Of a DNA stretch of 64,000 nt, positions 42,269 through 51,121 are shown one piece after another. The DNA comes from Terriglobia bacterium (GTDB lineage: Bacteria; Acidobacteriota; Terriglobia; JAIQFV01). Both the position numbers and the translations under genes were made by a program. How positions within the stretch are numbered: position 1 is the stretch's first letter; each line of letters starts with the position of its first letter. Location: the NCBI GenBank assembly GCA_028716525.1, contig JAQUPQ010000007.1:64196-128195 (forward strand). The letters are read 5' to 3'. The notes under the pieces were generated by a model that was not told where the DNA came from, ran no database searches, and saw only the letters and a program-made list of their open reading frames with translations.

Positions 42269-43026
42269 TGAGCAAACGAATTTCTATCGGAAGATCCTCC
42301 TTCAGCAAGCAGGGGGATGCTGTTACGGCGCGCAACAAAAAAAGGAAACCCGAGGTTATCACGGCAAATCAGAAGAACCAGTCTGTCGATTGGGAAGCCC
42401 TCCTTGCTGGAATCAACGGAGGGAAAACCGTGCTTGAATACACCGCAAACCGCATCATCTACCGGCAGGGAGATCCTGCGGATTCCGTTTTTTATCTCCG
42501 ACGAGGCAAGGTGAAGCTGACGGTGACATCCCAGGAGGGCAAGGAAGCGATCGTCGCCATTCTGGGCGCCGGTGAGTTCTTCGGCGAGGGATGTCTTGCA
42601 GGCCAACTGTTGCGCGTTTCAACGGTTGTCGCGATGAGCGATTGCTCTTTTGCCCGGATTGAAAAGCCGCGGATGGCGCGCATGCTCCACGAGCAGCACG
42701 ACATTTCGGAATTGTTCGTCACGCACCTGCTTTCACGCAACATCCGCTATGAAGAGGATCTGGTCGACCAGCTTTTCAACTCCAGCGAGAAACGCCTGGC
42801 CCGGATTCTTTTGCTGCTGGCTCATTTTGGCAAGGAAGGCCGATCCGAAGCTGTCGTTCCCAGAATCAATCAGGAAAACTTGGCACAAATGGTGGGCACC
42901 ACGCGTTCGCGGGTCAGTCATTTCATGAACAAGTTCCGAAAGCTTGGCTTTGTCGATTACGACGGCCCTACCGGCGGCGGGTTGATGGTCCATAGTGGTC
43001 TCCTCAGCGTGATCTTGCAAGACTAG
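42265..43026 (+). CDS. Crp/Fnr family transcriptional regulator (paralog B, with Lys/Arg-rich N-terminal extension)
   Basis: Alignable along its whole length with the 38580 gene (shared runs GEFFGEGCLAGQ, SELF(L/V)THLLSRNIR, LLLLAHFGKE, HTH …RSRVSHFMNKFRKLGFVDY). Carries a ~35-aa basic N-extension. Confidence 0.8.
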   Translation: MMSKRISIGRSSFSKQGDAVTARNKKRKPEVITANQKNQSVDWEALLAGINGGKTVLEYTANRIIYRQGDPADSVFYLRRGKVKLTVTSQEGKEAIVAILGAGEFFGEGCLAGQLLRVSTVVAMSDCSFARIEKPRMARMLHEQHDISELFVTHLLSRNIRYEEDLVDQLFNSSEKRLARILLLLAHFGKEGRSEAVVPRINQENLAQMVGTTRSRVSHFMNKFRKLGFVDYDGPTGGGLMVHSGLLSVILQD

Positions 43027-43262
43027 CCTTGGGTAGCTGCAATAGGTGTTGTAGACACGCCCAACTTGCCATGCTGAACGGTGTATCGGGGAGCGAAGCA
43101 TCCCGTCGGAAGGCGTGCTATCAAAAGCAGGGCCTTCGCTCCGGCTCAGTAAGTCCGCTACCGCATGGTGCTGTTTTCTTGCGTAAAGAAACACCCGTAT
43201 CCATGTCAAACCCTCGATAATTCCCACCGGCCCCAGACCGCAGTTCCCTCTCATTAACTGAC

Positions 43263-43337
43263 ATGAGCAATTTTGACCAAACGTATGAGCAGGACTGAAC
43301 TGACCCCGAACGGCTTCCAGGGTATAAGAAATGCACC
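43263..43337 (+). promoter_or_regulatory. copy 3 of the conserved promoter module
   Basis: ATGAGCAATTTTGACCAAACGTATGAGCAGGACTGAACTGACCCCGAACGGCTTCCAGGGTATAAGAAATGCACC. Followed by a ~360-nt leader before the PLC-like gene. Confidence 0.65.
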
Positions 43338-43697
43338 GCTAACTGCCGGTCAGAACTGAAAGTAAGACAGAATGACAAACTGAGGGGGCGAATCAATGAA
43401 GGTATTCCGGACCCGCTTCTTGGCTCCGGTGTGGGGCGTCGTTTCGTTCCTGATCTCGTGCCGGCGGTTGGGGGTTCAGGTGCTCTCGGGTCATCTCGGT
43501 CGGCCCACGCCGGCTGCGCCGTTCTCTATTTTAAGTTTTTTGGGCCTACTTTTCTTCAGTGCGCGCCGCGATTTTCCCAACTTTCTCAGGCCAAGAAAAG
43601 CGCCGGGGATTGCGCTGTGTGCCGGATGATCCATGCGGAAAAAAACAGTGACAACAGAATGGCGGATGCTCCTATGGACATGATTCACGAAACCAAA

Positions 43698-44987
43698 ATG
43701 CGGCCTTCAACCTGGCGCGGTCTTCGATACTTCATTCCATGCCTGTTGACCCTGATCTTCCTGTGCAGCATCCGCGGGGTGTGTCCAGCCTACTCCGTGC
43801 TGACGCATGAACAGGTCGTTGATCTGCTTTGGAAAGACCAACTCCAACCCCTGCTGCTGAAGAAGTTTCCGGATACAACCACAGAGCAACTGCGCGTGGC
43901 CCACGGCTACGCCTATGGGGGGTGTCTGATACAGGACATGGGTTACTACCCCTTCGGCAACCGGTTTTTCAGCGATTTGGTTCACTACGTTCGAAGCGGC
44001 GATTTTGTTGATGCCCTGCTCCTCGAAGCGACCGACGTCAACGAGTATGCATTTGCATTGGGGGCGCTGGCGCACTACACCTCCGACATCGCCGGCCATC
44101 CCTTCGTGAATGCCGCTGTCGCACAAAATTTCCCCAAACTGAGGGCCAAGTATGGGAGCGAGATTACGTTTGCTCAGAATCCCAAAGCCCATGTCCAGAC
44201 GGAGTTCGGTTTTGATGTCGTGCAGGTTGCCAAGCAACGCTATACCTCCGATTCGTACCATGACTTTATCGGATTTCAAGTGTCGAAACCGGTGCTGGAG
44301 CGGGCCTTTCTCAAAACCTACGGAATTGAGCTGAAGGATGTGTTTAGCAGTGTTGATTTGTCCATTGGCAGCTTTCGCCGATCCATTAGCAGCATCATCC
44401 CAGAAATGACCCGTGTCGCACTCCTCCTCAAGAAAGACGAGTTGGTGAAAGAAAACCCCACCTTTACCAAGCGGAAGTTTCTCTTCCACATGAAACGCAG
44501 TGATTACGAGAAGGAATGGGGGAAGGGCTACCAAAAGCCGGGGGTGGGCGCCAGGATATTGGCGGTCTTGTTTAAGCTCATTCCCAAAGTGGGTCCCTTC
44601 AAGGCGCTGAACTTCAAAATGCCAAGTCCGGCAACGGAGACCCTGTATATGAAAAGTGTCAACAACACGGTGGACCAATATGGATCGGATCTCCGGGAAT
44701 GGAGAGCTGGAAAGCTCCTGCTGCAAAACATAGATTTCGACACCGGCAAAATGACAAGAGCCGGCGAGTATACGCTGACCGATGAAGCGTACGCGAAGCT
44801 GCTGGAAAAGCTGTCAGACCGCAAATTCGCAGACATGAACCCGGCCCTTCGGGAAAACATATTGGGTTTTTATCAAGACTTGAAAACTCCCGAATTTGCG
44901 AAGAAGCAACCCGAGAAATGGAATCAGGTGCTCCTTAACCTGGAACAGCTCAAATCGGTGGGGGCGGCAGGAGCCGCACCTCGATAG
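43698..44987 (+). CDS. secreted zinc-dependent phospholipase C family protein
   Basis: Signal-like MRPSTWRGLRYFIPCLLTLIFLCSIRGVCPAYS (alternative start at 43659). HGYAYGGCLIQDMGYYPFGN…ALAHYTSDIAGHPFVN matches the Zn-dependent PLC domain pattern. Confidence 0.6.
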   Translation: MRPSTWRGLRYFIPCLLTLIFLCSIRGVCPAYSVLTHEQVVDLLWKDQLQPLLLKKFPDTTTEQLRVAHGYAYGGCLIQDMGYYPFGNRFFSDLVHYVRSGDFVDALLLEATDVNEYAFALGALAHYTSDIAGHPFVNAAVAQNFPKLRAKYGSEITFAQNPKAHVQTEFGFDVVQVAKQRYTSDSYHDFIGFQVSKPVLERAFLKTYGIELKDVFSSVDLSIGSFRRSISSIIPEMTRVALLLKKDELVKENPTFTKRKFLFHMKRSDYEKEWGKGYQKPGVGARILAVLFKLIPKVGPFKALNFKMPSPATETLYMKSVNNTVDQYGSDLREWRAGKLLLQNIDFDTGKMTRAGEYTLTDEAYAKLLEKLSDRKFADMNPALRENILGFYQDLKTPEFAKKQPEKWNQVLLNLEQLKSVGAAGAAPR

Positions 44988-45116
44988 GCCAACCAGAGCG
45001 AACCGCCGCCGAGGAAGGCCCGGACCTGCATCCTTTTCATTTCAAAGGTGGAATGATTGAACAAGCTCAATAGTCCTTAAAGTAGTGAGGATCCCATCCT
45101 CGGAAAGGGAAAAACC

Positions 45117-47771
45117 ATGTCACTTCGGCTCGCAATAAAAATCGGTTGTGCATTGTTTGTTCTTCTACTCGGGAGCGCAACGCCACTCTTGGCCCAGGGA
45201 TCGGTTTATTATTTCCCCCAGTTTGTAGATGGACGATGTTGTGGCGGCTTTTTCAGTTCGGCGCTTTCGTTCAGCAATGTGGGTTCCAACACAAACACCG
45301 TGACGATTCAGTTTTTCAAGTCGGATGGGACAGCTTGGGCTGTGGACTTTCGAGGTCTTGATCGACCGGATGCGGCAGGACGGGTGTCCACGACCACCTT
45401 CACGCTTACTCCGGGTGAATCGGCGCAATTTTTCACGGGAGGATTTGATCCATTGACCGTGGGATGGGCGAAGATCCAGACAGCCTTTCCACTCGGGGTC
45501 TCCGAAACAATCACCTTCGGGCACACCACCGGTTCCGTGGTCTTTACCAATTGGGCGGCCGGCGTTCTGGCCGGACCGACGGCCACACAATTCTCTTTCT
45601 TTGCGGATGTCAGCAGCACTTCCTATCTTTCAGCCGACATCAACATGGGGTTTGCCCTTGCCAATCCCAGCGGCGCGACCGCAACCGTTACCGCGACACT
45701 CCTGAATCGCAGCGGAGCTCCGGTCAGGAAACGATTGGGATCGGACATCATCATTGCGCCCAAGACGATCACGCTTTTGCCAAACCAGCAGACCTCTATG
45801 TTCGTCAATCAACTGTTCAATGATTTCACCTTTCCTTCAACTTTCCACGGCATGGTGCGGCTTTCAAGCAATGTGAATGTTGCCGTCGTAGTGCTGCAGG
45901 ATGTTTTGAGCCCCGGGGGTGACATCTTCTCCACGGTAGCGGTCAATCCGGATTCCACCCTCGGGACCAATATCTTCTACGATCGTGAGCCGAATGATAC
46001 CCTCGGGACGGCGCAAGCGATTACCTTGCCGGCACGAATCATCGGAACGATGAATTCGCCCACCGACACCGCCGACACAGATTGCTTCTCATTCACGCTG
46101 CAGGCTGGACAGACCGTTTCAATTTTGACTGCGGCCAGCCTGATTGGATCTCCGCTCGACGATGTGATTCTTCTGTTCAATTCTTTCGGCACACAGGTCG
46201 CGATGAACGACAACTTTTCACCTCCATTGCTCGACCCGTTTGTAAGTTACCAGGCGCCGTCCATGGGAACTTATACGGCGTGTCATCAAGGCACGAATGG
46301 AACGAGTTCACGCAACTCGTATTATGAATTGTTGATCAATACGGAGCCGCCCACAATCGTGCCGCCCCCTCGTTTTGCGGTGATTTCCACAGTCCCCACC
46401 AATGGCGCCGCAGGCGTGCCTATCAGTCAGCAAATCACGGCAACTTTCAATCAAGCGCTGAACTGTTCAACGGTCACCACATCCACCTTTACCGTGAGTG
46501 GACCCGTCGGGGCTCCTGTGACAGGAACCATCCTCTGCGCCGGCACGAGCGCGACCTTTACGCCGACAAGCAGTCTCGCAACCAACACCACATTCAATGC
46601 CACGATTGCAACCGGGGCAATTAGTGCGACGGGCGCAATACTGGCGGGCAACTATGTATGGACCTTTACAACAGGTTCGACTTTAGACACCACCCCACCC
46701 ACCGTAACTTCCACGGACCCTGCTAATGGCGCCACTGGTGTGTGTACTAACAGGACCGTCAACGCCACCTTCAGTAAGGCGATGGACCCCTCGACGATCA
46801 GTACCACAACCTTTATGCTGGCAGGACCTGGCAGCGCGCCTGTAACAGGATCGGTCTCCTACAATGTAAGCAGCAACGTTGCAACCTTTACGCCGGCGAG
46901 CAGTCTCGCAACCAATACGACCTACACTGCTACGATCACGCCCGGGGCCACCGATCTGGCAGGCAACGCACTGACAAGCAACTTTGTATGGATGTTTACC
47001 ACAAGCCCGACGACATGTCAGACGCCGGTTGGCCTTGGAGCGGCCGCCTCGTTCGGGAGTTTCGGAGGTGGCGCGGGGATGACCAATCAGGGGACTCGTT
47101 CGGTGGTGAATGGGGATATTGGGACCACAGGTGCTTCGACTACGGTAACGGGATTCCACGATGCGGGGCCGGGATGTATATACACTGAGACCCCGCTTAA
47201 TGTTGGATCAGTCACTGGGAAAATATACACCGCTCCCCCGCCTCCTACGATTGCGTGTCCTTCTGAAGGAACTGCTGCCACCTTCGCGATCGCAACCCAG
47301 GCCGCATCCGATGCGCTGAATGCGTATAACGCCCTCGCTGCCCGACCGGGAGGTCCAGATCCCGGCTCCGGCCAGCTCGGCGGGCTCGTCCTCGCTCCTG
47401 GAATCTATACAGCCGCCTCGGGCAGTTTCCTGATAACGGGATCGGATCTCACGCTTGACGCCATGGGCGACTCAAATGCTGTCTGGGTCTTTCAGATGGC
47501 AACTTCACTGACGGTGGGCGCTGCGGGGGCCCCTCGCAGCGTGATCTTGGTCAACGGCGCCCAAGCTAAGAACGTCTATTGGCAGGTCGGCAGCGCCGCG
47601 ACGATCAATGGAGCTGGGGGCGGGACCATGGTGGGAACCATCATCGCTAGAGCAGGAGTTACGTTCTCGACTGCCGGCAACGTGACGATTACGACGCTGA
47701 ACGGCAGAGCGTTGGGACTGAACGCATCAGTGACAATAGTGAACACGGTTATTAACGTACCTGCTCCGTAA
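45117..47771 (+). CDS. large secreted multidomain protein: N-terminal domain, PPC (pre-peptidase C-terminal)-like domain, two Ig-like domains, and C-terminal DUF3494 ice-binding-like beta-helix domain
   Basis: Signal peptide. [39 protein letters not shown]… is PPC-like. Two repeated [14 protein letters not shown]…[17 protein letters not shown] Ig-like units. C-terminus …[56 protein letters not shown]… is typical of DUF3494. Confidence 0.65.
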   Translation: MSLRLAIKIGCALFVLLLGSATPLLAQGSVYYFPQFVDGRCCGGFFSSALSFSNVGSNTNTVTIQFFKSDGTAWAVDFRGLDRPDAAGRVSTTTFTLTPGESAQFFTGGFDPLTVGWAKIQTAFPLGVSETITFGHTTGSVVFTNWAAGVLAGPTATQFSFFADVSSTSYLSADINMGFALANPSGATATVTATLLNRSGAPVRKRLGSDIIIAPKTITLLPNQQTSMFVNQLFNDFTFPSTFHGMVRLSSNVNVAVVVLQDVLSPGGDIFSTVAVNPDSTLGTNIFYDREPNDTLGTAQAITLPARIIGTMNSPTDTADTDCFSFTLQAGQTVSILTAASLIGSPLDDVILLFNSFGTQVAMNDNFSPPLLDPFVSYQAPSMGTYTACHQGTNGTSSRNSYYELLINTEPPTIVPPPRFAVISTVPTNGAAGVPISQQITATFNQALNCSTVTTSTFTVSGPVGAPVTGTILCAGTSATFTPTSSLATNTTFNATIATGAISATGAILAGNYVWTFTTGSTLDTTPPTVTSTDPANGATGVCTNRTVNATFSKAMDPSTISTTTFMLAGPGSAPVTGSVSYNVSSNVATFTPASSLATNTTYTATITPGATDLAGNALTSNFVWMFTTSPTTCQTPVGLGAAASFGSFGGGAGMTNQGTRSVVNGDIGTTGASTTVTGFHDAGPGCIYTETPLNVGSVTGKIYTAPPPPTIACPSEGTAATFAIATQAASDALNAYNALAARPGGPDPGSGQLGGLVLAPGIYTAASGSFLITGSDLTLDAMGDSNAVWVFQMATSLTVGAAGAPRSVILVNGAQAKNVYWQVGSAATINGAGGGTMVGTIIARAGVTFSTAGNVTITTLNGRALGLNASVTIVNTVINVPAP

Positions 47772-47784
47772 GGCGCGAAGCATC

Positions 47785-48108
47785 ATGAACATCATGCTGG
47801 TGTCGGTCACAGGGCGGACGCGCGAGATCGGCGTTCGCCTGGCGCTCGGGGCGCGCGGCTCGGACGTGCTGACGCAGTTCCTCGTCGAGAGCATCGTGAT
47901 GGGCGTTCTCGGCGGCCTGGGCGGTCTCGTCTTCGGCATCACGAGCGCGAAGGTGCTCGCGCACTTCACGGGATGGGAGACGGTCATTTCGCCGTACGTG
48001 ATGATCCTTGCCGTCGGCTTTTCCGGCGCAGTCGGCGTCTTCTTTGGCTTCTACCCGGCGCAGAAAGCGGCAGCGCTGAATCCGATCGAGGCTTTGAGAT
48101 ACGAGTGA
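47785..48108 (+). pseudogene. C-terminal fragment (last ~107 aa) of an FtsX/MacB-type ABC transporter permease; truncated gene remnant
   Basis: …[43 protein letters not shown]…[19 protein letters not shown] is the conserved permease C-terminus. The expected ~300 upstream residues are missing. Local GC is visibly higher than in flanking DNA. Confidence 0.6.
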
Positions 48109-48363
48109 GCGCGGTTGGGTCGACATCCCGTTTCACAACCGATACAATGCATTCGGCGGAAGACACGCCGATCGTTTTACATCAATGCCTGCGGCCCGCT
48201 CCATATCGGACTATGCCGCGCCGGTCATTCCGCGCGACGACGGCGTTGGGGTTCTCCCGCAAACCGCTCGATTTCTTTGGCAGCCCGGTAATTTGAAGTC
48301 ACGGATGCTTCTCGTAAACCTCACCTAATGGCCGAATCGATACAGCACAACACAGAGGCATGA

Positions 48364-50997
48364 GTGGAGATTTCAAAGAAGACCATGGACTCATCCGGAC
48401 ACCCCGCTAACCATCTCCGCAAAAACGGAACGCAGGTTTCCGTTCAACTGATCGAGAAGGCGCGAGCTGATACCCAGACTGTATTGGAGGAGCTTGGATC
48501 ACAACCGAGCGGCCTGAGCCAGGAGGAAGCCGATTCTCGCTTGAAGCAAGTTGGGACCAACGAGATCGCCCGAGAGAAGCGCCAGTCCGGCCTGATGCGC
48601 CTCTTGAGCAACATCAAAAATCCGCTGGTGCTCCTGCTCCTGGCGCTGGGCGTGCTTTCTTATTTAACCGGTGACCTGCGGGCGATGGTGGTCATTTTCG
48701 TGATGGTGGTTCTGGGCGTGGTGTTGCGCTTCTTCCAGGAGATGCGCGCCGATAACGCCGCCGAGAAGCTCAAAGCGATGGTCAGCAACACGGCGACATT
48801 GGTCCGGGACGGCCAGGAGAAAGAAGTATCGCTCAAGATGCTGGTGCCTGGCGATATCATCCGGCTGGCAGCCGGCGACATGGTGCCGGCGGATGTTCGG
48901 GTGCTCTCCACCAAAGACCTGTTCCTGAATCAGGCGGCTCTCACTGGCGAAGCCCTGCCGGTCGAGAAGAAAGCCGCCCCCGCCCCGGCAGACGCGCAAA
49001 ATCCGCTTGACCTGCCCAACATCTGCTTCCTCGGCTCCAACGTGGAGAGTGGATCCGCGACGGCCGTGGTTATCCATACTGGGAACCAAACCTACTTTGG
49101 ATCCCTGGCGGTCAGCATTGTCCGACAGCGCCAACTCACCAGCTTCGACAAGGGCATCAACAAATTCACCTGGATGATGATCTGCTTTATCGCCGTCATG
49201 GTTCCGGCGGTTTTTCTCATCAACGGACTGAGCAAGCACAACTGGCTGGAAGCTTTCCTGTTTGCCATGGCCGTGGCCGTCGGGCTGACCCCCGAGATGC
49301 TGCCCATGATCGTGACCGTGAACCTGGCCAAGGGCGCCCTCGCAATGTCGCGCAAGAAAGTGATCGTCAAACGCCTGAACGCCATCCAGAATTTCGGGGC
49401 GATGGACGTGCTGTGTACCGACAAAACCGGCACCCTGACCCAAGGCAAGATCGTGCTTGAAAAATACCTGGACGCGCGCGGCGATCCAAGCCAGAGGGTG
49501 CTCAACTACGGCTATCTGAATAGCTACCATCATACCGGGCTGAAGAACCTGCTCGACGAGGCGATCCTCGACCATGAGGAATTGGAAGAACGCCTGAAAG
49601 CGAACGAGAAGTACCACAAGATCGACGAAATCCCTTTCGACTTTGTGCGGCGCCGAATGTCGGTGGTGGTGGAAGATGAAACCGGATTAAACACGCTGAT
49701 CTGCAAAGGCGCCGTGGATGAAGTGATGAGCCTGTGCACCCGTGTGGAACTCCCCGGGGATGTGGTTGCGGTTCAGCCCGAACATGACACTAAACGCCGG
49801 AAGATGGTGGACGACCTGAATGCTCAGGGCTTCCGGGTGATCGCCCTGGCGTATAAGGAAATGCCGAATGCCCCGGATGAACCCGTTTACTCCATCCAAG
49901 ATGAATCGGACCTGATCCTGCTGGGTTTCCTGGCCTTCCTCGACCCGCCCAAGGACACCGCGACAGAGGCATTGAAGCAGCTTCGCGGCCTAAACGTGGA
50001 TGTGAAGGTTCTGACCGGCGACAATGAAATCATTACCGCCTATATCTGCAAGGAAGTGGGCATCTCGGTGGAGCATCTTTTGCTCGGCTCGCAAATCGAG
50101 ATGATGAGCGAGGCGGCATTGGCCGAAGCCGTCGGCGCAACGAGCGTCTTTGCCCGTCTGGCCCCGGCTCACAAGGAACACATTATCCATGCGCTCCAAA
50201 GGAAGGGTCACGTGGTGGGATTTATGGGCGACGGAATCAACGACGCCCCGGCCTTGAAAGCCGCCGATGTGGGCATCTCCGTGGACGGCGCGGTGGACAT
50301 CGCCAAGGAGTCCTCCGATATCATCCTGCTGGAAAACAGTCTGCTGGTGCTGGAGCAGGGCGTGCTGGAAGGCCGGCGGGTGTTCGGCAACATTATCAAG
50401 TACATCAAGATGGCGGCCAGCTCGAACTTCGGCAACATGTTCAGCGTCGTGGGGGCGAGCGCCTTCCTTCCCTTCCTGCCCATGCTGCCGATCCAGGTGC
50501 TGACCAACAACCTCCTGTACGACTTTTCGCAGACCACCATCCCCACCGACCAGGTGGATGCGGACTGGCTGATCCGGCCGCGCCAGTGGACGATCGGCAA
50601 GATCATGCACTTCATCCTGTTCATCGGGCCGATCAGCTCGATCTTCGATTACGTGACGTTTTTCATGATGCTCTATGTTTTCAACTGCTGGAATAATCCG
50701 GCCCTGTTTCACACCGGCTGGTTCGTGGAGTCGATCTTCACCCAGACGTTAATCATCCATGTCATTCGCACCAACAAGATTCCCTTTATCGAAAGCCGCG
50801 CGAGTCGCCCGCTGATCCTCACTTCAATTCTCATCGTCGGGGTGGGCGCCTGGCTGACGATTTCGCCACTGGCAAAAACGCTCGGGTTTGTTCCGCTCCC
50901 ACCACTGTACTGGCTGTTTCTCGCCATCATGCTGCTGGGTTATGCGATGCTGACACAGGTGGTAAAGACCTGGTTCATTCGCAGGTTTGGGGAGTGA
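48364..50997 (+). CDS. mgtA: magnesium-translocating P-type ATPase MgtA
   Basis: 877 aa. DKTGTLT phosphorylation motif, TGDN, GDGINDAPAL, 10-TM topology. N-terminal region typical of MgtA/MgtB. Confidence 0.85.
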   Translation: MEISKKTMDSSGHPANHLRKNGTQVSVQLIEKARADTQTVLEELGSQPSGLSQEEADSRLKQVGTNEIAREKRQSGLMRLLSNIKNPLVLLLLALGVLSYLTGDLRAMVVIFVMVVLGVVLRFFQEMRADNAAEKLKAMVSNTATLVRDGQEKEVSLKMLVPGDIIRLAAGDMVPADVRVLSTKDLFLNQAALTGEALPVEKKAAPAPADAQNPLDLPNICFLGSNVESGSATAVVIHTGNQTYFGSLAVSIVRQRQLTSFDKGINKFTWMMICFIAVMVPAVFLINGLSKHNWLEAFLFAMAVAVGLTPEMLPMIVTVNLAKGALAMSRKKVIVKRLNAIQNFGAMDVLCTDKTGTLTQGKIVLEKYLDARGDPSQRVLNYGYLNSYHHTGLKNLLDEAILDHEELEERLKANEKYHKIDEIPFDFVRRRMSVVVEDETGLNTLICKGAVDEVMSLCTRVELPGDVVAVQPEHDTKRRKMVDDLNAQGFRVIALAYKEMPNAPDEPVYSIQDESDLILLGFLAFLDPPKDTATEALKQLRGLNVDVKVLTGDNEIITAYICKEVGISVEHLLLGSQIEMMSEAALAEAVGATSVFARLAPAHKEHIIHALQRKGHVVGFMGDGINDAPALKAADVGISVDGAVDIAKESSDIILLENSLLVLEQGVLEGRRVFGNIIKYIKMAASSNFGNMFSVVGASAFLPFLPMLPIQVLTNNLLYDFSQTTIPTDQVDADWLIRPRQWTIGKIMHFILFIGPISSIFDYVTFFMMLYVFNCWNNPALFHTGWFVESIFTQTLIIHVIRTNKIPFIESRASRPLILTSILIVGVGAWLTISPLAKTLGFVPLPPLYWLFLAIMLLGYAMLTQVVKTWFIRRFGE

Positions 50998-51002
50998 TGC
51001 AG

Positions 51003-51068
51003 AGACAGGCACCTTTCGTTCTTGAATTTCGAAAACTTTTCTGGACCTGGTGTCTGTCCCTTTTCTTG
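51003..51068 (+). terminator. probable rho-independent terminator of mgtA (stem AGACAGGCACC / GGTGTCTGTC with large loop, followed by TTTTCTT)
   Basis: Inverted repeat at 51003-51013 and 51048-51057 immediately after the mgtA stop, followed by a T-run. Confidence 0.45.
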
Positions 51069-51121
51069 ATTCTCGTATAATTTATCATTCTCACTGAATA
51101 AAAAATCACAACGACGGTGAC

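Noticed and set aside
43396-43629. 77-aa ORF between module copy 3 and the PLC-like gene
   Set aside because: No RBS, an odd composition, and it overlaps the likely 5' leader. Probably non-coding leader sequence.
48280-48320. M-box riboswitch call for mgtA based on the CCTCACCTAA 10-mer
   Set aside because: The match is to the reverse complement of the M-box 5' element and no complete aptamer is visible. Wrong orientation for mgtA. Left as a low-interest finding pending an Infernal scan.
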